A DNA stretch of 64,000 bases, taken from contig CAYQDF010000006.1 of NCBI GenBank assembly GCA_964416175.1, forward strand, positions 526 to 64,525. Reading direction: 5' to 3'. Source of the DNA: an uncultured Anaerolineaceae bacterium. Its GTDB lineage: Bacteria > Chloroflexota > Anaerolineae > Anaerolineales > UBA4823. Below the pieces are notes generated by a model. That model did not search any database. It was not told where the DNA came from and saw only the letters and a program-made list of their open reading frames with translations. This document shows positions 56,575-64,000 of the stretch, one piece after another. The position numbers were made by a program, and so were the translations under genes. The first letter of the stretch is position 1, and each line of letters starts with the position of its first letter.

Positions 56575-57438
56575 ATGGAGATCTATCTTGCAGATGAACA
56601 GGCTTACCATTTCGTTCCGCGCTTCACCCTGGAAGTTGCGCGCGACCGGGTGGAACAGAAAAAAACCGGCCTGGTCGCCGGGACCCTGGGGTCGTTGTTC
56701 TCCCGCCCAGATCCTGGCGACATCCAATTGTCCAGCATCGAGAATCGTCTCGAGCCGTACTGGACCATCTCGGCTGCTGCGCGCACGGTATATGACCGCA
56801 CACGCGCCTTCACAGTCCCAGTCAGCGGACCGGATGTCCAGCGCGTCAAGATATTTGGACAGGAGGTCCTCGTCGACAAGAAGGTGAAAGAGGGGCCAGC
56901 TTTCTCCCTGGAGGGGGTCGAATCCTGCCTGGAAGAACGGCGCGCCGCGCGTTCCTTCGACGGCCTGACCGGTGAGAAATTCGACGCAGAGAAGTTCAAG
57001 GCATTTCCCAAGACAGTGATCGTCGACCTGGATAGCTTCAGCTCACCGGAGGCGGTAGTCATCCCGCCCCAGGTCAGGGCCGCGGCTGTGGTGCGGCAGG
57101 TCCTGGCTGAGGTGATCCGGCCCGTTCAGAGCGCCCAGGTGATCCACGAAGAGACGGTGCACGTCGAGGCCATCGAGCTGAACTTCCGCCCGGTCTATGC
57201 GTTCGAATACGAGTGGGCGGCAAAGGGTAAGCGGGTCGTGATTGAGTTTGACGCCCTGACCGGCGAGATGACCGCCGGCGGGAAGAAGCTCAGCGCTCAA
57301 ATCAAAGGCATGGTCAGCCGGGACCTGCTGTTCGACATCACGGCCGATGCCGCAGGCATGCTGGTTCCCGGGGGCGGAATCGCTGTCAAACTGGTGAAGG
57401 CCGTCGTGGACCGCCCGAAATCGAACCAGATGAAATAA
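56575..57438 (+). CDS. Hypothetical protein (no family recognised)
   Basis: 287-aa ORF with GC3-rich codon usage and a GGAAAGGA SD-like sequence upstream. Sits between the SelW-like gene and dtd on the same strand. Confidence 0.6.
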   Translation: MEIYLADEQAYHFVPRFTLEVARDRVEQKKTGLVAGTLGSLFSRPDPGDIQLSSIENRLEPYWTISAAARTVYDRTRAFTVPVSGPDVQRVKIFGQEVLVDKKVKEGPAFSLEGVESCLEERRAARSFDGLTGEKFDAEKFKAFPKTVIVDLDSFSSPEAVVIPPQVRAAAVVRQVLAEVIRPVQSAQVIHEETVHVEAIELNFRPVYAFEYEWAAKGKRVVIEFDALTGEMTAGGKKLSAQIKGMVSRDLLFDITADAAGMLVPGGGIAVKLVKAVVDRPKSNQMK

Positions 57439-57455
57439 GCAGCTGTTGAAGATCA

Positions 57456-57893
57456 ATGCGCATCGTACTGCAACGCGTATCCCGGGCAGCGGTCAGCGTC
57501 GGCGAGCGGCGGGTGGCGCAGATCGGTCCCGGTGTGGTGATCCTCGTGGGGGTCGGCCCCACTGACGGTGAAGAGCAGGTGCAATACCTGGCCGAGAAGA
57601 TCGCCAACCTGCGGATCTTCGAAGACGAAGATGGCAAGATCAACCGCTCCCTGCTGGAAGTGGGCGGGGAGGCGATCGTCGTATCGCAGTTCACGCTCTA
57701 CGCGGACACGCGCAAAGGGCGGAGGCCGTCTTTCACCGGGGCCGCCCTGGCAGAGGCTGCCGCTCCGCTGGTGGAGAAGCTCGCCGCGCGCCTCTCGGAG
57801 CTGGGGGTCCCGACTCAAACCGGCGAATTTGGGGCTCACATGCTGGTCGAGATCGCCAACGATGGCCCGGTGACGATCTGGTTAGAACGCTGA
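57456..57893 (+). CDS. dtd: D-aminoacyl-tRNA deacylase
   Basis: 145 aa. MRIVLQRV..., [18 protein letters not shown]-terminal NDGPVT. Confidence 0.9.
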   Translation: MRIVLQRVSRAAVSVGERRVAQIGPGVVILVGVGPTDGEEQVQYLAEKIANLRIFEDEDGKINRSLLEVGGEAIVVSQFTLYADTRKGRRPSFTGAALAEAAAPLVEKLAARLSELGVPTQTGEFGAHMLVEIANDGPVTIWLER

Positions 57894-58697
57894 GCCGCGG
57901 TCGAAGCTGCCCCGGAGCGCTGTCCACCCCAACCGCCAGAGAACGGCGTCCACCTGGATCGCGATCGCCCCGGCGGAAAGCATGGTATCAGCCTGCCGCT
58001 CGTTGAAGATCCCGCCGCCGCCGATCACCCGCAGCCCCATTCCTGCCAGGCGGCGCACCCCGGCCAGTGCCTGGGGGAAGAGGCCGGGGCCATAGAGGCG
58101 GCCGTTTACCAGCCTGCCATCCGGGCCGGCCAGAGTCCCGCGGGGCGGGCCCAGGCTGAATGCGTAGGCTGATTCAGCTCCCAGCGCCTCCGCGAGCTCC
58201 CCTGCCCGCTCCAGCGGCAGGCGCACGATCAGGGGGAGCTCCCCCTGCGCGGCGACCGCGATCTGGCGCGCTGCTGGCGCAGGACAGTCTGGGGGAATTC
58301 CGAGTTCGATCCCCGCCACCCCCTCGAGTGTTTCGAGGCGGGCGACCATATTTGCAAGCTCAGTCCCGAACTCTGGCCCGGTGCCCTGTGTATCCGTCGG
58401 AACATCGGGCAGCAGGTGCACGATGACCGGGATGGGCGAGCGCCTCCAGCGCGCTGCGTACTGGCGGACAGCTCTGTTCATCCCCGGATTGGGGTAGCCG
58501 CTGTGCAGCAAGAATCCGCCGGGGAAGCTCAGGCAGCTCCGAGACAGGGCTGGTACGCGCCGTTTCCGGCTGATGGGATTGGTGACGAACGCTCCCAGCC
58601 TGGATAGATCGAAAGGGCCATGCGGGGAGGGAGCGAATCCGAGGCTTCCTGCAGCGTTCAGCAGGGGTGGATCGAACGTGAGGTCGTATTTGGACAT
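57882..58697 (-). CDS. Dihydroorotate dehydrogenase-like TIM-barrel protein (divergent PyrD paralog)
   Basis: 271 aa. [10 protein letters not shown] and SGYPNPG resemble PyrD N-terminal motifs but are divergent. C-terminal GGGIF..AGA..IQV. Confidence 0.55.
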   Translation of the reverse strand: MSKYDLTFDPPLLNAAGSLGFAPSPHGPFDLSRLGAFVTNPISRKRRVPALSRSCLSFPGGFLLHSGYPNPGMNRAVRQYAARWRRSPIPVIVHLLPDVPTDTQGTGPEFGTELANMVARLETLEGVAGIELGIPPDCPAPAARQIAVAAQGELPLIVRLPLERAGELAEALGAESAYAFSLGPPRGTLAGPDGRLVNGRLYGPGLFPQALAGVRRLAGMGLRVIGGGGIFNERQADTMLSAGAIAIQVDAVLWRLGWTALRGSFDRGSAF

Positions 58698-58777
58698 GGG
58701 TCAGGATGCCGGTGAGAGCAGGATTTTCCGGAGATGAGACCTCTTATAGGGCGATAATCTTTTATGTCAGGACTGGA

Positions 58778-59506
58778 TTAAACCAATAATTTCGCGATAT
58801 CGAACACCGGACCTTGCCGGCAGACCAGGCTCCAGGCCTCCCCGGTCCGCGGGGAATGTCTTGCCCGCGCCGCGCGGCTGGTTTGGATGGCGCACACCCC
58901 GCATTCCCCCAGGCCAGCGCAGGGCATGGGGGTCTCGACTAAAATCTGCCCGCGGTCCAAGAAGACGCCGTCAGAGTGCGCTCCCAATTGTTCCAGGATC
59001 TCCGGCAGCTTTTCCTGCGGAGCGTCGATCGCCAGAAAATCCGCCCAGACAAGGGCTTCCCCCAGGTCGATCAGGGGATAGGCCTCCAGGGAAGTTGGGA
59101 GCGGCGGGAGCGGGGCGTCGGTGAAGAGGGCGACCGCGTCGGGTGCCTGGAGGCCGGCAGCCAGGGGCAGGAGGCGGGCGGCGGTCTGCCCGGCCGCGAT
59201 CAGCGCCAGCCGTTTGGCCTCCCCCGGGATGTGGAACCCGTTCCCTAGCGGCCCGCACAGGACCAGTCCTGTTCCCGGGCGCCAATCACCCGGGATGGGG
59301 GGCGCGCAGAGGAAGCCGCCCGGTACAGGTCCAGCGAAATAGAGCGGCGTACCGAGGATGTCCTCCTCAGCCACGGCCAGGAGGTATTGGCCGGGCTGGG
59401 GGATGGCTCCCGGCGGGCAGGCGATCCCTGCATAGGGGGCCTGCCGGATATTGGCTCTGCCCGGCTGGAGATGGATCTCAGTGACTCGCCCGGGATAGGT
59501 CCGCAT
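58778..59506 (-). CDS. PyrK-like electron-transfer subunit homolog with C-terminal 2Fe-2S motif
   Basis: 242 aa. C-terminal CAGLGECGVCAI...C pattern as in PyrK. The FAD RPxS motif was not recognised. Confidence 0.5.
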   Translation of the reverse strand: MRTYPGRVTEIHLQPGRANIRQAPYAGIACPPGAIPQPGQYLLAVAEEDILGTPLYFAGPVPGGFLCAPPIPGDWRPGTGLVLCGPLGNGFHIPGEAKRLALIAAGQTAARLLPLAAGLQAPDAVALFTDAPLPPLPTSLEAYPLIDLGEALVWADFLAIDAPQEKLPEILEQLGAHSDGVFLDRGQILVETPMPCAGLGECGVCAIQTSRAARARHSPRTGEAWSLVCRQGPVFDIAKLLV

Positions 59507-59618
59507 GGCTGCATCGTATCACGGATCGCCAGGCCGGGCAACGCCAACCAGATGGAGTGATTCGGGCTATCGTGTATAATCGGCATCACGTGGTTTAACA
59601 ACCTCCGGAGGAGAAACT

Positions 59619-60701
59619 ATGAACATCGCCAGTGTACTTCAAGGTTTCGTGGCGCTGCTGTGGGTGGCAGTGGTTGGCATGATCATCCTGGCCGTGGTGC
59701 GCGCCTCGCGTGGCTTTAAAGTCAGGCAGCTCTCTGCCACGATCCTGGCTGTCGCCGTTGCGGCAGTCATCCTGACGTCGGTCAGCGCAGGGCTGGTCTT
59801 CATCCGCCCGGAGGAGCGCGGCGTGGTGCTCTCTGCGCTCCAGCCCAACGGAATCCGCCCCGCAGCGCTCCAGCCGGGCTTGCGCTGGATCATCCCGTAC
59901 TTCGAATCGGTGGAGCGCTACCTGATCTCCCAGCAGACGTACACCATGTCGATCGCTCCTCTCGAAGGCCAGATGCAGGGAGACGATTCAGTCACTGCCC
60001 GCACGTCCGACGGGCAGGAGATCTTCATCGATGCCTCCGTGATTTACGCAGTGAACCCCGATGAGGTCGTGAAGGTGCACATCGCCTGGCAGGACCGGTA
60101 TACGATGGAGCTCGTTCGCCCGCTGGCCCGCGGCGTGATCCGCGACGCAGTTTCCCAGTTCGGCGTCGAGGAAGTTGTCACCACGAAGCGCTTTGAACTA
60201 CAGCAGCAGATCTACGAAAGCATGGCTGCGAAAATGGAGGCCAACGGTCTCATCCTGACCGATTTCGTCCTCCGCAACATCACCTTCTCTCCGGAGTACG
60301 CCGCCTCGGTCGAACAGAAGCAGATCGCCGAGCAGCAGGCGCAGCAGGCGGCCTTCGTCGTCGAGCAGCGCCGCCAGGAAGCGGAACAGGCGCGGCAGGT
60401 CGCCCAGGGCCAGGCGGACGCGGTCGTGATCCGGGCGCAAGGCAGCGCCGAAGCCCGCCTGATCGAAGCGGAAGCCGAGGCGAAAGCACTCCAGCTGCTG
60501 GCAGACGCCGTGCGAGAAAATCCAGAGCTGCTCACGTACCAGTACATCGCCAAGATCGCTCCGGGCATCCAGGTGATGCTGCTGCCAAGCGACAACCAGT
60601 TCTTGTTCCCGCTGCCGACGCTGGAACCTGGAATGGGCAGCGCGATCCCTCTGCCGACTCCAGAACCCACCCCATCCCCGACCCCGGAGGCCAATCCTTA
60701 A
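59619..60701 (+). CDS. SPFH/band-7 (prohibitin-like) membrane protein with Pro-rich tail
   Basis: 360 aa. N-terminal TM helices, SPFH core (GLRWIIPYFESVERY), coiled-coil AEQQAQQAAF...; C-terminal PTPEPTPSPTPE. Confidence 0.85.
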   Translation: MNIASVLQGFVALLWVAVVGMIILAVVRASRGFKVRQLSATILAVAVAAVILTSVSAGLVFIRPEERGVVLSALQPNGIRPAALQPGLRWIIPYFESVERYLISQQTYTMSIAPLEGQMQGDDSVTARTSDGQEIFIDASVIYAVNPDEVVKVHIAWQDRYTMELVRPLARGVIRDAVSQFGVEEVVTTKRFELQQQIYESMAAKMEANGLILTDFVLRNITFSPEYAASVEQKQIAEQQAQQAAFVVEQRRQEAEQARQVAQGQADAVVIRAQGSAEARLIEAEAEAKALQLLADAVRENPELLTYQYIAKIAPGIQVMLLPSDNQFLFPLPTLEPGMGSAIPLPTPEPTPSPTPEANP

Positions 60702-60704
60702 GAA

Positions 60705-61769
60705 ATGTCAGAAGTTTTTCCGTCCGGACGCCAGATCCGCCTGACGACGCTGTCGAGCTGCGCGGGTTGAGCGTCGAAGTTAAGCGCTGAAGCGCTGGCG
60801 CAGGTGCTGCGCCCCATAGAGGGCATGTTTCACGCCGCGGATTTCCCGGACCTGCTGGTGGGTCTGGGAGAGCCGGACGATGCGGCTGTCTGGCGGCTGA
60901 CCGACGACCGCGCCCTGGTGGTGACGACCGACTTCTTCACCCCCGTGGTGGACAACCCGTATGATTACGGGGCGATCGCCGCCGCCAACAGCCTCTCGGA
61001 CATCTACGCCATGGGCGGGAAGCCTTTCCTGGCGCTCAACGTGGCTGCCCTGCCGCCCGATCTGCCGGCAGAGATCAGCGGCGAGATCCTGCGCGGCGGC
61101 GCCGAGAAAGCGCGGGAGGCTGGAGTTGTGATCGCCGGCGGGCACACCGTCCAGGACAAGGAGCCCAAGTACGGCCTGATCGCCCTGGGGTTCGTCGACC
61201 CCGCTCGCATGATCACCAAGCGCGGCGCAGCACCAGGCGACGTGCTCGTGCTGAGCAAGCCCCTGGGCTTCGGCACCATCACCACCGCCCTCAAGCGCGA
61301 GCAGGCCGACCCCACCGACGTATCAGAGGCGGTCGGCTGGATGAAGCGCTTGAATAATGCGGCTTCTGAGCTGGCGGTGGATTGCGGAGTGCGCGGGGGG
61401 ACGGACGTGACCGGCTTCAGCCTGCTGGGGCACGGATGGGAAATGGCCCAGTCCTCCGGAGTGGGACTGCGGTTCTCCTTTGGGAAAATCCCCTTCGTTC
61501 GCGGGGCGCGCCGCTATGCCCAGGAATGGATCTTCCCCGGCGGGACCTCCGACAACCGGCTGTATTTCAGCCCGCACGTGCGCTTCTCGGAAGAGATCGA
61601 CGAGCCCGCCCAGATGCTGCTCTTCGATGCCCAGACCAGCGGAGGTCTGCTGCTGGCGGTGCCCCCTGGGGAAGTCGAGCGCCTGTTCTCCCGCGCCGCC
61701 GAGGCCGGGCAGGTGCTATGGCAGGTGGGCGAGGTGGTGGAGGGGGATGATATCGAGGTGACAGCTTAG
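60705..61769 (+). CDS. selD: Selenide, water dikinase (selenophosphate synthetase), Sec-containing form; TGA 60768-60770 read as selenocysteine
   Basis: Track ORF 60804-61769 is a SelD lacking its catalytic N-terminus. Extending in frame through the TGA to ATG 60705 gives MSEVFPSGRQIRLTTLSSCAGUASKLSAEALAQVL, which is the G(C/U)xxK active-site loop. ATG lies 4 nt after the upstream stop. Confidence 0.85.
60797..60813 (+). promoter_or_regulatory. SECIS-like hairpin downstream of the selD UGA
   Basis: GGCGCA-GGUGC-UGCGCC, with a GGU-containing apical loop about 33 nt after the UGA. A smaller AGCGC-UGAA-GCGCU hairpin at 60783-60796 is an alternative. Confidence 0.45.
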
Positions 61770-61794
61770 CGATTCTTAACCCAGAGGCGCAGGC

Positions 61795-63423
61795 ATGACG
61801 CTTGAATTCACTTCTCGCCGCTCACCCGTCCTTGGCGCCCGCGGCATGGTGGCGACGTCGCAGCCCTTGGCAGTGGCTGCCGGGCTGGAGGTTCTGGCCC
61901 TGGGCGGCAACGCCGCCGACGCCGCCGCGGCGGCTGCCGCGGCCCTCAATGTCACCGAGCCGACCTCGACCGGAATCGGGGGCGACTGCTTCGCCCTGTA
62001 TTACGACTCAGCCAGCCGCCAGGTAAGCGCCCTGAACGGTTCCGGGCGCGCCCCGGCCGCCCTGACCCTGGAGCGCCTGGAGCGGGAAGGCTACCGGCAG
62101 GCGCTGCCGCCTCTTCACCCATACACGATCACCGTGCCGGGGGCCTGCGCCGGGTGGTGCGACCTGGTGGAGAGGCACGGCCGGTTCTCGATCGCAAGGG
62201 TGCTTGCGCCGGCGATCCGGCTGGCCGAGGAGGGCTTCCCGGTGGCGCCGGTCACCGCGTATTTCTGGGCGCGCGGCGCAGAACGCCAGCTGCGCCAGGC
62301 CCGGGGCGGCTCGGAGCTCACCATCGACGGGCGCGCCCCGCGCGCCGGAGAAGTCTTCCGCAACCCGGGGCTGGCCAGGACTCTGAGGGCCGTGGCCGAA
62401 GGGGGAAAAGAGGCCTTCTACCGGGGAGCGATCGCCGCCGCCATCGCGGCCATCGTCCAGGAGGCCGGCGGCTGCCTGGCTGAATCCGACCTGGCGGCCC
62501 ACCACAGCACCTGGGACGAGCCGATCAGCACCACGTACCGCGGCCTGCGGATCTGGGAATGCCCGCCGAACGGGCAGGGGTTGGCCGCGCTGTTGGCGCT
62601 GAACATCCTGGAAGGCTTCGATCTGGCGGGCACGCCGCCGCTCTCGGCGGAGCGCCTGCACCTCGAGATCGAGTCCCTGCGCCTGGCGTTCGCAGACGCC
62701 CGCTGGTACGTCGCCGACCCCGCGGCGCAGCCGGCGCCTCTGGAAGACCTCCTTTCGAAAGACTACGCCGCCGTGCGCCGCAAATTGATCGACCCTGCCC
62801 GGGCGTCCCTGGATCAGGCGCGGGGAACGCCCGCCGCCGCTTCGGACACGGTGTACCTGAGCGTTGTCGACGAGGAGGGCAACGCCTGCTCTTTCATTAA
62901 CAGCAACTACATGGGGTTCGGGACGGGCATCGTTCCTCCTGGCTGGGGGTTCACGCTGCAGAACCGCGGCCACAACTTCAGCCTCGAACCGGGCCACCCC
63001 AACGCCCTGGCGCCCGGCAAGCGCCCGTATCACACCATCATCCCGGCCCTGGCGACGCGGTCCGGTGCGTCGGGCGAGGCGCTCTACGCCTGTTTTGGCG
63101 TGATGGGGGGATTCATGCAGCCCCAGGGGCACCTGCAGATAGTGGCGGCCCTGGTCGACGACGGGCTGGACCCACAGGCCGCCCTCGACCGGCCGCGGTT
63201 CTGCATTACGGATGGGGAAGCTGGCGGGGGGGTCGCTTTAGAGGCAGGCATCCCCATCGAGACGGTGGAGCAGCTGGAGCGGATGGGTCACCCGGTGGAG
63301 GGGATCGAAGGCCATGCCCGGGCGCTGTTCGGGCGCGGGCAGGTCATCCTGCGCGACGCCGCGAGCGGCATCCTGTGGGGCGGCAGCGACCCGCGCGCGG
63401 ATGGGTGCGCCATGTGCCTGTAA
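61795..63423 (+). CDS. ggt: Gamma-glutamyltransferase
   Basis: 542 aa. Autoprocessing and nucleophile Thr region (ASDTVYLSVVDEEGNA) and GGSDPRADG near the C-terminus. Confidence 0.9.
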   Translation: MTLEFTSRRSPVLGARGMVATSQPLAVAAGLEVLALGGNAADAAAAAAAALNVTEPTSTGIGGDCFALYYDSASRQVSALNGSGRAPAALTLERLEREGYRQALPPLHPYTITVPGACAGWCDLVERHGRFSIARVLAPAIRLAEEGFPVAPVTAYFWARGAERQLRQARGGSELTIDGRAPRAGEVFRNPGLARTLRAVAEGGKEAFYRGAIAAAIAAIVQEAGGCLAESDLAAHHSTWDEPISTTYRGLRIWECPPNGQGLAALLALNILEGFDLAGTPPLSAERLHLEIESLRLAFADARWYVADPAAQPAPLEDLLSKDYAAVRRKLIDPARASLDQARGTPAAASDTVYLSVVDEEGNACSFINSNYMGFGTGIVPPGWGFTLQNRGHNFSLEPGHPNALAPGKRPYHTIIPALATRSGASGEALYACFGVMGGFMQPQGHLQIVAALVDDGLDPQAALDRPRFCITDGEAGGGVALEAGIPIETVEQLERMGHPVEGIEGHARALFGRGQVILRDAASGILWGGSDPRADGCAMCL

Positions 63424-63425
63424 TT

Positions 63426-64000
63426 TTAGGATTCGCGGGCACCGACGAGCGGCTGGAGCGGTTCGCCGCTGGCGACGACCACGATCAACAGCACCGCTGC
63501 CACGAGCAGGATCGCGCCCAGGATCCACCACCCGAAGATCCCGCTGATCATGCCGGCCAGCACGACAGCCGCCAGCCATCCCATGGCCTGAGCCGCGACG
63601 CGCCTGCGTTCGTCCAGGGGCCGGTTCACGGACAGCCACCACCTCCAGCCGGCGCCCATGAGCAGCAGGCTGCCGGCGACGATCGCCGCCACAACCTGGT
63701 TCCCGGTGAAGATCCCCAGGTCCGCCGCCAGGACGCCGCAGCTCCCGGTCAGGGAGGGCAGCGGGTGGCGCCGCACCAGGTACGCCCGGTTCAGGATGAA
63801 ATGCCCCCAGGCCGCATCTGCCTGAGTCACCGGCCACTCGATCAGCCTCTCCTCGCCTGGGGCGAGCGCGATCCGCTGGGTCTCCTTCAAGACCCGGGTC
63901 ACGAATCCGCCGCTCTTGCTGATGTGGATCGTCCTCTCGACGGGCCTGTCCGCCTGATTCTTCACGGTGACCGAGACGTAGCCGGTCTCGTCCGAATCGA
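63426..64000 (-). CDS. Membrane protein, 5'-partial (continues beyond the window end)
   Basis: The frame stays open upstream of the track GTG at 63965 to position 64000 (..DSDETGYVSVTVKNQ..). Beta-rich segment followed by 3-4 TM helices. Confidence 0.5.
   Translation of the reverse strand, partial: DSDETGYVSVTVKNQADRPVERTIHISKSGGFVTRVLKETQRIALAPGEERLIEWPVTQADAAWGHFILNRAYLVRRHPLPSLTGSCGVLAADLGIFTGNQVVAAIVAGSLLLMGAGWRWWLSVNRPLDERRRVAAQAMGWLAAVVLAGMISGIFGWWILGAILLVAAVLLIVVVASGEPLQPLVGARES

Noticed and set aside
1-64000. CRISPR arrays, transposases/integrases, prophage or defence-system genes, rRNA/tRNA genes.
   Set aside because: None was recognised on either strand. The repeats found are coding low-complexity (PT-rich), the intragenic malectin duplication and the 37-nt regulatory-like module.

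Overview
High-GC, gene-dense bacterial chromosomal window, possibly Chloroflexota-like (a guess from gene content and Pro/Thr-rich linkers). I found no rRNA, tRNA, CRISPR array or recognisable mobile element. About 50 protein genes are supported. The main blocks are: (i) a 10-gene, translationally coupled heme operon (14906-25616: hemQ-hemH-hemA-hemC-hemD-hemB-radical SAM/SPASM-hemE-hemY-hemL), which is the coproporphyrin-dependent route plus an extra AhbD/NirJ-like enzyme; (ii) nrfHA ammonifying nitrite reductase; (iii) a polyphosphate cluster (ppk2, ppk2, ppk1, HTH-CHAD protein); (iv) housekeeping genes (gdhA, gatB, moaA, corA, priA, dtd, ggt, sbcC-like). The most interesting signals are absent from the ORF track. 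Two selenoprotein genes carry an in-frame TGA followed by a SECIS-like hairpin: selD (60705-61769, motif GUASK) and an unannotated SelW/Rdx-like CxxU protein (56272-56508). A Tyr-rich 33-codon leader peptide followed by an intrinsic terminator lies directly upstream of phenylalanine-4-hydroxylase, consistent with a tyrosine-sensing attenuator. A conserved non-coding module of about 37 nt (extended about 80 nt) is duplicated upstream of two redox genes. Four helically phased DnaA boxes sit in a 90-bp intergenic gap. One surface-protein gene contains a 467-bp near-identical intragenic duplication. One promoter-plus-terminator unit may encode a small RNA. All calls come from reading the sequence by eye and from motif knowledge; no searches or folding programs were run.
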